A DNA stretch of 64,000 nt from Selaginella moellendorffii (Eukaryota; Plantae; Lycopodiophyta). This document shows, piece by piece, positions 1-12,100 of this stretch (position 1 is its first letter; each line of letters begins with the position of its first letter). The notes under the pieces are model-generated. The model saw only the letters and a program-made list of their open reading frames with translations. It made no database searches and was not told the DNA's origin. The position numbers and the translations under genes were made by a program. Location of the stretch: NCBI RefSeq assembly GCF_000143415.4, contig NW_003314273.1, positions 1,828,052 through 1,892,051 of the forward strand. The letters run 5' to 3'.

Positions 1-674
1 TTCCTTGAATGGCACCGAAAACCTTCATAAGAAACGAGCCAGCACCCTTGAGCTTATCCGGTGCCTTCCCATTCATCGCCATTTCCCTGTCAGCCTGTGA
101 AGAAAGAAACTCGAGTTTTCAGAGGAGCGTGAAAGAACAAAAAAACAGTGAGAAAGATACCATCTCCCCGACAGTGCGAAGAGCGTAGACGATGACATGA
201 AGCGCTTCCATCGCCCACGTTGATTCCCAGTTGCGATATTCTTGTAAGAAAGCACTATGGAGCAGTTGGTATCCAACAATCCATCAAAGATCAACATACT
301 TTGCCGATTTCTCGAGGGAATTGTAGGCGTCCACATAGCGATTCTGATGGTAGCACTGCATTGCCCGCGTGTGATGGAGTAGCATTTCTCCCAGCGGTGC
401 GTGCTTGTCTACCTGTTTCAAAATCCTCGCAGGATCCTGGCGGAAAAACCAGCTGAGAGAGATGCTCCTCGACTCAATGGCGACGCACCTTTGTGTGATC
501 CAGGCAGGAAGACACCGTCTCCGCGTAGGAATTCGTGGCATTGATCGCCAGCGCCGCAGCAAATGCCGATCCATCCTGGCTAGCTAAAGAATCCGTGATG
601 AGGCTCACATAATCCGCGAGCCTGCGATCGACGAAGCCGCCGCTTCCCTCCATCGCCCCGCCCCGCCACTCCAT
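1..674 (-). CDS. EER5: PCI-domain protein EER5/PCID2/THP1-like (TREX-2 subunit); 5' exons only, gene continues off the left edge
   Basis: Exons joined across short GT-AG introns read DRRLADYVSLITDSLASQDG / DPARILKQVDKHAPLGEMLLHHTRAMQCYHQNRYVDAYNSLEKSA / FLQEYRNWESTWAMEALHVIVY / ADREMAMNGKAPDKLKGAGSFLMKVFG, which matches my recollection of the plant EER5 N-terminus. Start ATG at 674 or 653. Confidence 0.85.
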
Positions 675-789
675 AGCTAGGGCTCTCACTAAATGAAATA
701 AATATTTACAAAAGAGGAGGCAAGGGTTCGATTCCTCATAGACGATAGCAAAACAAGTTAGCCAATCTATCTTAATAGAATTCCTTCCA

Positions 790-2066
790 TCACTTCTTCC
801 CAGGCCTTCCACCCTTCTTTGCACCGACATCACCAGTCTGCTTACAAACAAAAAAGAAGAAAAAATATTTTTTTCTCGTCATTTCATGGAAAAGAAATTT
901 AGAACCTACCTTCGTGCAAACGTAAATGTAGTGTAAATTCGAGTCTAGAGCTGAGTGTGGCCCGATTGAGCCATCCTCGTTGATGGGAACTGGTTCTAAA
1001 AACTCCGGGGACGACACATCGTCAAATTTCTGTGACCCGGGTCTGGCTGCAAGCAAGAGATTTTTGTGACTCTGTCAAGGAGTTATATACTCAAAGAGAA
1101 GTTTTGGAAGTAGATTTCTTACGAAGAATGTGAAGTGTTATGTTCCAGTTCAATGCTGGAACCTGCAAGTGTGGCAATCGAACTCGAGGATCACCATATG
1201 TAACCTGGACAGCACAAGACACTAAAGTGTGAATCTCTTGTAGACATTGAAAGAGGAAAAGCTTACCAAGATGTATGAAGATCCTCCTCTCAAAACTCTG
1301 GTTGCATGCATGAAACAAAATCAGCCTTGCACGAAAAGATGGAAGCTGACAGCCTCACCTTGAAACTTCTTCAAGCATTTTCGCAGCACTTATGGCTGCG
1401 CTAGTCCCACACTGGAATAGAGCAATACACTTCAAACTCTCTCAAGAGAAATCACTAAGTTTCATGCTACTCACCAGGAGTGAATCCAGCATGCCTGCAC
1501 AAAGCCAACAAACAAAAGGGGCATTTTTATGCTAGCAACTATAAGGTTTGGGATGAACTCTAGTACCTTTGTCTAGAACAGCATCGAAAGATCCATCCTC
1601 GAATGTTGATAAATCCCGCACATCCATTGTCATATCTGTGTAGACCTTGCAAATAAGACATCCACCCAAAACTTTAAACGCCAAGCCAGCCAAAGCAATT
1701 TCCCGACGAACGTACATTTAAGCTGGGGGACGTGCTGATACTTTTGCTGCATTGCCTCGATCACGACCGTGGAGATGTCAATATTGACAATCTCTTGATA
1801 GCCATCGTTCACCATATCCTCGGAAATAGCTGCTCAATTGATTTTCACAGTAAACATCCCTGTAGAGCCGAAAATAGAGAAGGAAATCGCTCACCGGCAT
1901 TCCCACAGCCGACCATGAGGATCCGTGAAGTTTTTGGGACATATTTCTGGAGCAGCGCCGACAGACCTGCGTAGCGCTGGTACCAATCGAATGTGGAGGA
2001 ATCGTTCTTGTAGCGATTGTCCCAGTAGGACGCCTCGCCATACGCCTGTGGATTCCCTCGCGTCAT
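790..2066 (-). CDS. Class I SAM-dependent methyltransferase, METTL13/EEF1AKMT4-like, multi-exon
   Basis: YGEASYWDNRY...FDWYQRY, motif I ILMVGCGN, NIDISTVVIEAM, MDVRDL..FEDGSFDAVLDKGT, ITYGDPRVRL, HYIYVCTK, spread over short GT-AG introns. ATG at 2066; stop at 790 inferred. Confidence 0.85.
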
Positions 2067-2280
2067 TCTTCCGCCAATCGTTCTCTCTTCCTCTCCCTCT
2101 GCCCTAATCCATCGCCCGGATCCAATCCAACCGCTTTGCGCCAATCCCAATTACTGATAATTAAAGCCTTGGATCCTGAGCCGCTTTGGAATGTGTGTTT
2201 GGGATCCGCGGTCCGGAGTTCCAATCCCCTACACGCGCAAATGGCGCCAAAACAAAAGCCTTTACTTAAGTTAGAAGATG

Positions 2281-4404
2281 TCAAATTTTGAAAAGATTCC
2301 TGGGCTGGGCGGCAAAGATGTTCGCCAGGAGGGCGTACGATCGCAAGCTTTTAGGGTTCATGGCCAGGACCTTCTCTGCGGCGGATGCGCCGTGCTCTTC
2401 GTCGCAGTGGATGCCAGATGATCCGAGCAAGCTCCCCCAGGCGCCGGGATCGGGCAGGAACGGCATGGAATCGATGAGCTCCTCGGCGTCTCGCAATCGC
2501 CCTGTTCGTCCGAGAAGATCCACGATGCACGCGTAGTGTTCTTGCATTGGCTGGATGCCGTGATCGGCAGCGATCGACAGGAAGTTCTCCCAGGCTTGGC
2601 TCAAGAGGCCGTCGTGGCTGCACACATGGAGAATGCTCATGAATGTGACCTCGTCCGGATCGACGCCCTCGAGCTTCATCGCGTGGAAGAGGCCGATTGC
2701 CTCGTTGGATTGCCCCTTGTAGGAGTATGCCGCGATGATCGCGCTCCAAAGAACAGGATCTTTGGGCGAGGAAGGGACGGAAATCTCATCGAACAAGCGT
2801 CTGGCATCCGACACAAGCCCGTGCCGCGCAAATCCGGCAAGCATTGCAGTCCGCGGCAGCAGATCCTGGCTGGGCATTCCATCGAAAACCTTCTTGGCGT
2901 CGATAATCTCACCCTTGTCGACGAAACCAGTGATCATCGCTGCGTGCGCGACTGAGTCCCGGGATGGAATCCTCTGGAACAGCGCCTTGGCGAGATCCAG
3001 AGCCCCGGCCATGAAGCAGCACTGGATCATCGCTGTCCAGGAAGCGATATTTCGAGCCGGCATCTCCTCAAACACTGATCTCGCCTCGTCGATGGATAAT
3101 CTCGATTCCTGAGTGTAGATCGACAGCATGAGATTGCGCGACACCAGATCCTGCCGTGGCATTCGCTGGATCGTGTTCTTGGCGTCGAGAACAAGCCCTC
3201 GCAGCGCAAATGCCCACGCCATGGCATTCCACGCCGCCAGATTCCGGAATGGAATTCTATCGAACACTGCTTTTGCGTTGTCGATCTTTCCACGCAGAGA
3301 AAGAGCTCTGATCATAGCCGTGCACGATTCCAAGCTGGGAAATTCCAGGACTTGAAAGATTCGTGTTGCCTCTACAAGGTTCCCTCTCTGGGCATGGGCG
3401 CAAAGGAGAGAATTCCAAGAGATGGAATTGGGCATCTCCTCGATCAGCTCTCTAGCTCGCACCAGATCTCCACAGCGGCAATACGCAGCGATGATCGCAT
3501 TGGAACACACGGGATTTCGATCGGGAATGCTCGCAAAGATCCTCTCTGTTTCCTCTAGATTTCCAGCGCTGGAATTCGCCATGATCAGCGTCGCGCACAC
3601 CACGGCATCGTGGCAAGGCATCAGCTCGAAGATTTCCATAGCCGCATCGATGGATTTGACCTGCGCGTAGCAGACAATCAGCGCGTTCCAGGACGCCTCG
3701 TTTCTCGCCGGCATCGCCAAGAACATCGCTTCCACTTGATCGAGATCTCCACTCTGAGCGTGCGCCGCAAGAACAACGTTCCAGGAAATCACATCGTGGC
3801 TCGGCATCCGCTGAAAGAGAGCCAGTGCCTCGTCGAGAGGATCTAGGCTCCAGGCGAGCTCCTTGATCATCGTTGTCCACGCGATGACGCAGCGCTGATC
3901 CATTCTATCGAAGATTTCCCTGGCCTTGCGCAAATCCCCGTTCTGGGCAAATGCCCCAATCATGGAGGTCATTGTCACGGCACTAGGGTTCTTCATCCGG
4001 TGGAACAAAGCGATCGCCTCACTCGGCAATCCCTGGCGGACGTAGGCGCTGATCATGGTGTTCCAGGAAGCAGTGGTTCGATCTGGCATCTCCGCGAAGA
4101 CATCTCGTGCCCTGCCCAGCTCTCCATTCGTGGCAAATGCCTGGAGCATCATATTCCAGGAGAAAACATCCGGATGATCGATAGCGGTGAAGACAGCGAG
4201 CGCATCTTTGGTGCTCCCACACCTCCCATACATTTGGATTGTGTGATTCATCACAAATGTGCTGGGGCGATGATCCAAATCCCGGATGCGCGAGTGGATT
4301 TGCTTCCCGCGAGAGAGATCCCGGCAGCACCGGAGTTGATGCACGAAGTTCTCGGCCCTGGACAGCGCTGGAGTGGGGAATCTCCCAGTTTTTGCGAGGA
4401 ACAT
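2281..4404 (-). CDS. PLS-class pentatricopeptide repeat protein with E domain (organellar RNA-editing factor type), intronless, 707 aa
   Basis: Many 31-aa S-type repeats (F..MP.R...SWN.MI.A), ending HYACIVDLLGRTGRLRDAEELIDSMPFLPD..AWGSLL (E domain). No DYW domain. Confidence 0.93.
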   Translation of the reverse strand: MFLAKTGRFPTPALSRAENFVHQLRCCRDLSRGKQIHSRIRDLDHRPSTFVMNHTIQMYGRCGSTKDALAVFTAIDHPDVFSWNMMLQAFATNGELGRARDVFAEMPDRTTASWNTMISAYVRQGLPSEAIALFHRMKNPSAVTMTSMIGAFAQNGDLRKAREIFDRMDQRCVIAWTTMIKELAWSLDPLDEALALFQRMPSHDVISWNVVLAAHAQSGDLDQVEAMFLAMPARNEASWNALIVCYAQVKSIDAAMEIFELMPCHDAVVCATLIMANSSAGNLEETERIFASIPDRNPVCSNAIIAAYCRCGDLVRARELIEEMPNSISWNSLLCAHAQRGNLVEATRIFQVLEFPSLESCTAMIRALSLRGKIDNAKAVFDRIPFRNLAAWNAMAWAFALRGLVLDAKNTIQRMPRQDLVSRNLMLSIYTQESRLSIDEARSVFEEMPARNIASWTAMIQCCFMAGALDLAKALFQRIPSRDSVAHAAMITGFVDKGEIIDAKKVFDGMPSQDLLPRTAMLAGFARHGLVSDARRLFDEISVPSSPKDPVLWSAIIAAYSYKGQSNEAIGLFHAMKLEGVDPDEVTFMSILHVCSHDGLLSQAWENFLSIAADHGIQPMQEHYACIVDLLGRTGRLRDAEELIDSMPFLPDPGAWGSLLGSSGIHCDEEHGASAAEKVLAMNPKSLRSYALLANIFAAQPRNLFKI

Positions 4405-4449
4405 CGATGTGAATCATCCTTGTCGAGAGAACTTTCTTGGAAGAACAAA

Positions 4450-5862
4450 CTAGGGTTCTTGGGCTACTAGAAGTTTTTCAAGAGCGATGTCAAATGCGTC
4501 TGGATAGCCGTCGAGGCTGGATTTCGCGTAGATAATCCTGGGAATGATGCGCGCGACAGCGTCCTGCATTGATGTCACCCGCGCCGCTGGGATTCTGGCG
4601 AGTTCTTGGATCACATCGATGCTCCCGTCGATGACGCTGTGATGCGGGAAGAAGATCGAGTAGGACTCTGGATCGCGTGGAAGATGCCACAGGTACTGTG
4701 TGTAGGCGGTGTGCTCGCTGAACACCACGGGGATGCATCCAGCGACGAGGCCATCGAAGAAACCCTTCCTGGTGGGGCTATCGCCGGGCGGCATCAGGCA
4801 GAAGATCGATCGCAAGGCGACGCAGGTGACAATCTCTGGATTTTCTTCGCAGTTGATTCTCTCGCAGCGCAGGATCGTGCACAAACTCTCGTGTCGCTGG
4901 CACTGTCTTCGTAGCGATCTTCTCATCGTCGCAGTGCTGCCGTTGCCATCGCGAAGAGCTCCAGCGAAGGACACCAGCAGGTCTCGCGACGATCCATTCA
5001 CCACTGCCAGCCACTCGTCGATCTCCCGGCGCGAATCGGGATGGAATCCAGTCGGGTATGGCAGCGCCATCTGCGAGCTCCTCCACACGTCCCGCTCGAT
5101 CAGCAGCTTGGTGGCGTTGTCCAGCTCCTGGATGGAGAGGAGACTGCTTCCCCAGCTCTCGTGATTCTCCTCGCTGCGCCCAAAGTCCCACACGATTCGC
5201 CCAAGAACAAGTACGTGATCTCTGCCTCGCTTGCGATTCCAGTGACGATTTCCTTGCAGGTATCCCAGCAACCTCTGGCCGAGCTTGTCACGCATCTGGA
5301 CTTGCTTGGTGAAGAGGTACTGCGACACATCCAAGCCCGCGTAGTATGGAATGTAGAAGAGATTGGCGAGGTGGGGATCATCCGTGAGGCACTGGTACCG
5401 TCGAAAGCGCTCGTGGATCATGATCTCGACAGCAAACTGGCCAGTTCTATACCACGAGGAAGCTGGGAGCAAGCGGCAGGATGAAACCAGCGAGGCCATC
5501 TCCCCTGGGAATTGGAGTGAATCGAGAGCTCCTGAATCATTGGAAGTGGGAGGAGTGATAACTCTTGCCGGGAGGCCCAACCCGTGGTTGCCAAGACGAT
5601 CGCACATCCAGGTGATTGGAGTTTGCGAGCTTCCACAGCATGCTCGCTCCAGGATTTGGCGGTTGAATTGGGGAGGCAATGGGTGGATGTAGACGCGCTT
5701 ACCTTGGCAGTGATCACGCTGGAACAGGGGAAACGCTTTTCTTCCAAGAAATCTGGAAGAGAAGAGCCAGCGTCGATCGGCTTGGAACTTCTTTTCTTGC
5801 GAGATCCAATTTGTGAGTAGCAGTAGCAGCATTACAGTAGCGATTGATGCGAGCTTCGCCAT
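4450..5862 (-). CDS. GT47 exostosin-family glycosyltransferase (xyloglucan galactosyltransferase MUR3/KAM1-like clade)
   Basis: N-terminal signal anchor LASIATVMLLLLL; VYIHPLPPQFN, WYRTGQF, FYIPYYAGLD, GRDHVLVLGRIVWDF, FCLMPPGDSPTRKGFFDGLVAGCIPV. ATG at 5862 (alternative 5889). Confidence 0.9.
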   Translation of the reverse strand: MAKLASIATVMLLLLLTNWISQEKKFQADRRWLFSSRFLGRKAFPLFQRDHCQGKRVYIHPLPPQFNRQILERACCGSSQTPITWMCDRLGNHGLGLPARVITPPTSNDSGALDSLQFPGEMASLVSSCRLLPASSWYRTGQFAVEIMIHERFRRYQCLTDDPHLANLFYIPYYAGLDVSQYLFTKQVQMRDKLGQRLLGYLQGNRHWNRKRGRDHVLVLGRIVWDFGRSEENHESWGSSLLSIQELDNATKLLIERDVWRSSQMALPYPTGFHPDSRREIDEWLAVVNGSSRDLLVSFAGALRDGNGSTATMRRSLRRQCQRHESLCTILRCERINCEENPEIVTCVALRSIFCLMPPGDSPTRKGFFDGLVAGCIPVVFSEHTAYTQYLWHLPRDPESYSIFFPHHSVIDGSIDVIQELARIPAARVTSMQDAVARIIPRIIYAKSSLDGYPDAFDIALEKLLVAQEP

Positions 5863-6022
5863 TTCTCTTGGAGTGGGAGCAATACACATACTTGACAATG
5901 GGAGGTATCTCCATGAAAAAGGGTGATACTTTGCTACAAAAGTTTCCAATGTAAAGAACGATACTAGGACCAAAAGAGCATATTCTCTAATTTTAAAATG
6001 AACGGTTGAGATTAACTCGGCT

Positions 6023-7242
6023 ATGTCAGCCCTAAAGCCTAGGGATTTAGGGTTTATGGAGGTGAGGATCGTCCCAGGGCGGGGAAGGGGATTGTTCGCG
6101 CTGCGCGATCTTTCTGGCGGTCACATTGTTCTTCGCGAATCGCCGCTGCTCGTCTATGGCGAGGCCGAGGCCACTGGGCCGTTCTGTGCCCACTGCATTC
6201 GTTGCGTTTCTTCCTCGTCCCCAGCGTGCGAATCGTGCTCAAAGGCGCGATTCTGCGACGAGCGATGCCGGGCAGCGGCGATAGCCTCGTCCCACACGCC
6301 GTGGATGTGCTCGGCGCTCCAGGATGTGGCGAGGGCAGGGATAGGTCACGAGGCCGAGACGCAGGCAAGGTTTCTACTCGCCGCTGTGAGCCTCGCGGCT
6401 CGCAATGCGGAGGTTTTTCAAAGGCTGCTGCTTCTGGATGGCCAGGCCAGCGTGTTCGCGAACGATCCAAGGCCCGCTGGAGTGGCTGAATTGGTCTTGG
6501 CAGTGTTGAGGACGCACTGTTTCGAGCTAGCAAAAGGACTTTCCTTGGAGTTGTTCTTGGATCTCCTGGCCAAGGACAAGATCAATGCCTTCGGTTTGAT
6601 GGCTCCCAGCTCTGGGACTGCTCAGCGCAAGGTGAGAGCTTACGCTCTCTACGCACAAGCGTCCATGCTCAACCACGACTGCCTCCCAAACGCTTGCAGG
6701 TCCGCAAGATTGATTTGATTCCTTCGTTTCTTTCACTGATCTTTCACTGTTTACACAGATTCGAGTACTTGGACAAGCCTGGCGCATCCAACACCGATAT
6801 CTACATTCGTCTCCTCCACGACGTGCCGCAAGGTAGCGAGATTTGTGTCAGCTACTTCCCTGTGAATTGGAACTACAAGGAGCGGCGGGAGAGGCTGGTC
6901 GAGGACTATGGTTTCGAGTGTAACTGCGAGCGATGCCGTGTGGAGCAGACTTGGAGCGACGGTGATGGTGAGGGAGACGAGGAAGAAGCCATGGAACACG
7001 ACCAAACGGATGGAGATGGAGTGGATGAAGAAGAAGAGATGGACAAAGATGGCGATGGCGATTTCCCTCACGCGATGTTCTTCGTCAAGTACTTGTGTCC
7101 CGAAGAGAGCTGCGGTGGAACGATGGCGCCGCTGCCAGGCAATGCGAACCTCATGGAGTGTAATGTTTGTGGTCGCTTGAGAAGCGAGCAAGAGTTTATC
7201 GATGATCTAGAGCAGCACGGCACGGCACGGCACAGTGATTGA
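6023..7242 (+). CDS. ASHR2: SET/MYND histone-lysine methyltransferase, ASHR2-like; two exons (6023-6699, 6759-7242)
   Basis: GRGRGLFA, MYND-type CAHC..CESC..FC..C, NHDCLPNACR|FEYLD, EICVSYFP, post-SET CNCERC, acidic tract, DFPHAMFFVKYLC..CGGTMAPLP. A 59-bp GT-AG intron restores the frame. Confidence 0.88.
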
Positions 7243-7405
7243 GAAAACCTGGAAATATACGAGAATTTTATTCCATTGATTCAGTTCTCTCGAAAAAACT
7301 GACCAAGCTATACTTATGGTTTGTCCCTCGAGCCAAAAGAAAATCAAAAAAAATCTCGAAAGATTACCGGTTAATCTCTTCGCAAAGCAATTCTTCGTCG
7401 CGGTG

Positions 7406-8704
7406 TTACGTCGACATGATTGGATCGTCCTTTTTCACCGACAGTCTCTCTGCAAAGATGAGAAGAAATCCATGAGCTTGAACGAGCAAAGCACGGGAAG
7501 ACATACTCAAGTACTCGTAAGAGATGATCATCGCTGATCCCCACAGGGTCATGCTCAAGAACCGCGGCACGAGGCCCCTGTAAAGTCCCTTCCAGCCATC
7601 ATCTTGTAGAAGTTGTCTCGCAGTTCCTACGACTGTGGGATTTCCTTCGCTACTCAGAACCTGGAACAAGAGTAAAAGTTTCAGCCTTGGTTCTTTGGAA
7701 CCAGCAGAGGTACCTGGAGACGTGTTTTTATAGTGTCAAATGGCGCAGTAAGCGCTGAAGCACACGCAGCAGCCACCAGGCCACCAGCAGCTTGCACCAA
7801 AACCATCTCGCTCTGGCTCGGGATCTTGTGAGTTTCTTCTGTGTAGCCGAGAGCTCTGGTACAAACACTCACAGCCATGATAAGGCAGGCATACAAAACA
7901 GCTTGTTACCTCCAAAACACGCGCTGGCTGGTGCCGTAAGAAGCCCACCACACACCGCTTGTTGGGGAGTACGTGATGACCGACATACCAAAGCCTCTGT
8001 AAAGTCCCCGGATGCCATCGGCCTTGACAATCTGGCGAACAGCATCGATGCCACCCGCGTACTTGGTTGATCCTGGAGTCCCTTGAACCATCAATCTTTG
8101 GCTCACCTGGAGAGAACGATATAAGGTGTTACTTACGAACAAAAGAAACGAACGAAGAACAAGCAACGAAAGCTACTCACCACATCGAGCGGGACGAAGA
8201 TGAACTGGGAGACGACTGAGGAGAGAAAGCCAGCAGCTCCATTCGCGATGGCGGCGGCGGTGGTGTCTGGAAAGTTGAGCTTGGACGTGAGGTTGAGCGC
8301 CGCGATCTTGGTCGTCTCGAGAGTTGTCAAGAACACCACTCTACTGGGAACAGTACCGGCAACGACGGTTCCAAATCCCCGGTAGAGTCCTCTCACTCCA
8401 TCCGTGCTAAGAATCGATCTCACAATGGCGGGAGCTTTCATATTCACCGCCTCCCCCCGCGCCACTTGCATTCTCGTCTTGACGACGGTGATCGGATAGA
8501 GCGCCGCCGACACGCCCGAGAAGAGGCCTGCCCCTACCAGATAGAATTTGGTTTTGTCAAGCCTACAAAAGAAATCGATCGATCTAAGGAAAATGCGAGG
8601 CACTGCTAGCGATCTACAAAGCCAAGGGATTGCCGCGCTCACCTGTCCCAGTTGATCTCCGCTTGCGGCACTCCCGGCTTTTGCTGCGCGGCCATCGGTG
8701 CCAT
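7406..8704 (-). CDS. Mitochondrial carrier, SLC25A44-like, multi-exon
   Basis: EINWDR|LDKTKFY, carrier signatures PITVVKTRMQ, PLDV|VSQRLM, PFDTIKTRLQ, three repeated GLYRG motifs; short introns. Confidence 0.9.
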
Positions 8705-8726
8705 AGACCTCACAAGAACCCTAAAA

Positions 8727-9185
8727 TCAAAATATTTTAATACTCTCCATAGAACTCTTCTTCTTGCGACTGCGCATAGAGTCCTCCCTCGCAATTTTCT
8801 TCTTCCAGATGCTCTTCCTCTTCTCCTTTTTCGTGCCCATCTTCCTGTCATCTTCGCGTCCACTGCCTTGATAATCCATGGGATTGATCGCAGTTCCATC
8901 TTCTTTTGTGTTCATCAAGTTCTCCTGTTCGGATCAAACATTGACGAACTTGATCGAGAGGAATGCTTTCGCCGGCACTTGCAGTACATGTCGACTAGGG
9001 AGCTTGCGACGCAAAGGGCCAGCTCGTGGATCTCGGTCAAATAGCTTGTGCAGAACATCAAAGTTAACTCGTGATCCCAGTTTCTACACACAAACAAGCT
9101 TAAAGTTTTATCAATCGACATAGCTCTCTCACACCTTTGCTTCCAGCATCTGACGTGCTGCCTCTGCCGCGGGCTCTGCCGGAGG
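8727..9185 (-). pseudogene. Relic of the 3' part of an unidentified gene; inverted paralog of 17600-18260
   Basis: Reverse complement matches the + strand at 17600-18260 (gcggcagaggcagcacgtcagatgctggaag.aaaggtg; REDSMR.RKK.S..SIK peptide). Confidence 0.55.
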
Positions 9186-12100
9186 TTTCTTTTCAGCAAC
9201 TTTTCTCGATTTTCTGGCCTGGACACATCCAAAGATGCTGGGTTTGAGGTGCAGTGGCAAACTCACATTCAAAAAGCCAAAGTCATTCGTGAAGCTGTTT
9301 ACAACACTTTTCCAGACTTTGACATGGTTGGTTTCAGAGATAAGAAGGTGAATAGGAGGAGCTGGTGCATGATTTGCTTCGTTCTCAGCAGCTGAGGCCG
9401 CTTGTTTTTGAAGAAGGCAATGTGAAGCATAGATACGAGTGTCCAGAGACATTCATTCGCATTATAGTTGATGTGGTTTATGGGCAGCAAAGGAGACTTT
9501 TAAAGGCTGTATCAAAGAAGCATCCAGTCAGAAAGTATGAGGCAGAGCAGTCAATTGTGGACCTGTACACAGCTAAATTTCTAATTGATGGAACTTTAGC
9601 AATCTTCTTCGACAAACTTTTGAAGCCCACATGTCATGGCTACGGTACTACAAGAAAGAAGGATATTTTTCGTGTTGGTAGTAGCATTGTTGAGGCTGTG
9701 GTTTAAGACAGGTGTCGTGCGTGCTCTAGTGGTTCGAATCCCTCAACTCAGTGAAGAGGTACGCAACATCTAAATTAAAGGACTTATCACTTGAGGTAAA
9801 TCAATTTCCTTTGATTTGTCTCTTGAATAGAAATGCTTTCTAATATTTCCTCTTTTCATTTGGTTTTGATCAGAGCATAGTGAAATGGCTTGAGTATATG
9901 ACTGAAGCATTTTGGGACATACAAAGTTCAAGAGAGCAGAGCTTCCAGAAAAAGGTATATTTGGACGCGGAGTTGACAAATACTCCGATGACAATCTTTA
10001 AAAGCTTTTGATTTTTTATATTTTGATTGTTTTAGAATGCGCGTCATATTGCCACAGCAAATCTAGTTGGACATAGTGTAAGTACTTACATAGCATTATT
10101 TCACAAAATAAAGTTGGAAATTAATAGAAGAAGGTGTCAATATTTAAGTTTAGTTCTAATTATCTACTTATGAGAAATTCGAGATGTAAGTTGATCTTTA
10201 CTTAAATTTCTACGTCTACTCAAAGTTTATTTTTACAACAGAATGTAAAGCCTAGCAAACACATCTCTTAGATGGATGCTGCTATACAGAAAAGAGATTA
10301 AGCACAAAAGGACAGTCTTAGAACTCTAAATCAAAAGGTTTGTTGAAGTTTCAGATTTGTTCTTATTATTGTTCTTCTAGCAGGTAGGAAAAAGAAGAAC
10401 AGAGGCTATGGAGAATAGTGAAGAATGAAGAGTTTGCAGCCAATGTAACTTCAGGTGCAAAATCTGCAATAGAAAAAGCAGGAAAAATTGTGGTATGGAA
10501 ATTAAAGATTAACTTGTATGATCTATGTTCTTAGGTGGTTCCTAGTAATCAATATGAACTACATCATAAGAAATCATCTATTCATTATGGATCCTAATGG
10601 AGGTTTGATTGGTCATGGAAGAGTGGTGCCATGCTCAGCAAATTCCACTATTCACTGCCAAAAGCTTAGGCCAATCCATTTAAGCATCAACATATGAAGC
10701 ATTTTACTAACAGTTTAGTTCACACATGTTTGAACAACTTATAGGAAACAGTTGGGTGATAAAGTACATATGCAAAGCAATCACTCTAGAAGTTCAATCT
10801 CAGGCATATATAACTTGCTTTTTATGACATATATAAAGTTCAATGAAACAGGTTGAAAAAAAAATGATTGTAATGTTATTATTTATTCTTTAGCAAAGGA
10901 AAATTGGTATAAAGTTCAATGAAACAGGTTTAATGTTATTATTTATTCCTTAGGAAAGGAAAATTAGGTTGTAATATGATCAATAACTTTTCAATCTCTT
11001 CAATCTTTGTTACCATTTGACTACTAATACATGTTATGACTTAAGAGTTAAAAAATCTAATTCACTGCTTGAAATTTTTTGGAAGTAATTGTACCTTTTA
11101 CAATTGTCCAAATTTCAACCACTTATGCTTAAGAGATGTACTGATAAGTCATAATATAATTAAAACAAACTAACCTTTAATTTGAATATCTTTCAATTTC
11201 ATGGATTTGAAGCTAATGAGGATAAAATTATTGGTTCTTGCTTTGCAAACATAAGTATATCTTTCACAGATGAATTTTGGTGTTGATGTTTTTATACATT
11301 AGTTTTTATATTGTTTAAAGTAAAGTTAGAGAAACACTGGTAGTCAATTGGATTGAAAAATGCCAAGTACTTGCTATTTGTGGAAGACACAAAAATAAAT
11401 TATAATTTAAATAATGTCACTTCTATTTCAATGCAATTTCATATTTTTAATTATCTCAATTATTAAAGTTATTAATTTATGTGATTTGTAAAAGTAAATT
11501 TTTAGCAATCATTAGAAAAACAAATTGAATCACTTAAGCCATACACCACTACTTTTATATCTTCCTTGTCCAATCCTTAGTAAGGGTGAAAAGAAAAGGC
11601 ATTTCAAATAAGATATTAACAATAAAAAAACCTTTTAAAACAAAATTTTTTTCCTTAAAAATTTAAAAAGTGTAAGGTCCAACTATACAATTACAATGCC
11701 GTATACTAATATTAGTGTAATGGATTTTGGTAGCCATCAAATTAATTTCAATCCGAACCACTTGATCCTATATACAAACTAATACAAACTAAACTTTTGG
11801 GCTAATTGATATGCATATTTTCTATATTCCTTTTCCATATTTCATACATTCATATTGGTGGAGGTGAGGGGCACCTTTGATTGTCCCTGATAAGTGCTTG
11901 GATTTAAGATTTTAGTTTAGATTTAACTTTTGTATTGTCTAGATCTAGTTTTTTCCATTTCCTTTCTTTTGTCCTTTCTATTCAGGATTTTGGTTTAGAT
12001 TTAACTTTTTGCACTGTTTAGATCTCCCTTTCCTTCTAGCTTTTTTTTTCATTTCTCTTCTTTTGCCTTTTCTTTTTCATTCATCTTTATGGTAGATTAG

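Noticed and set aside
9365-9706. 113-aa plus-strand ORF
   Set aside because: No recognisable motif; it crosses the putative TE boundary at 9646.
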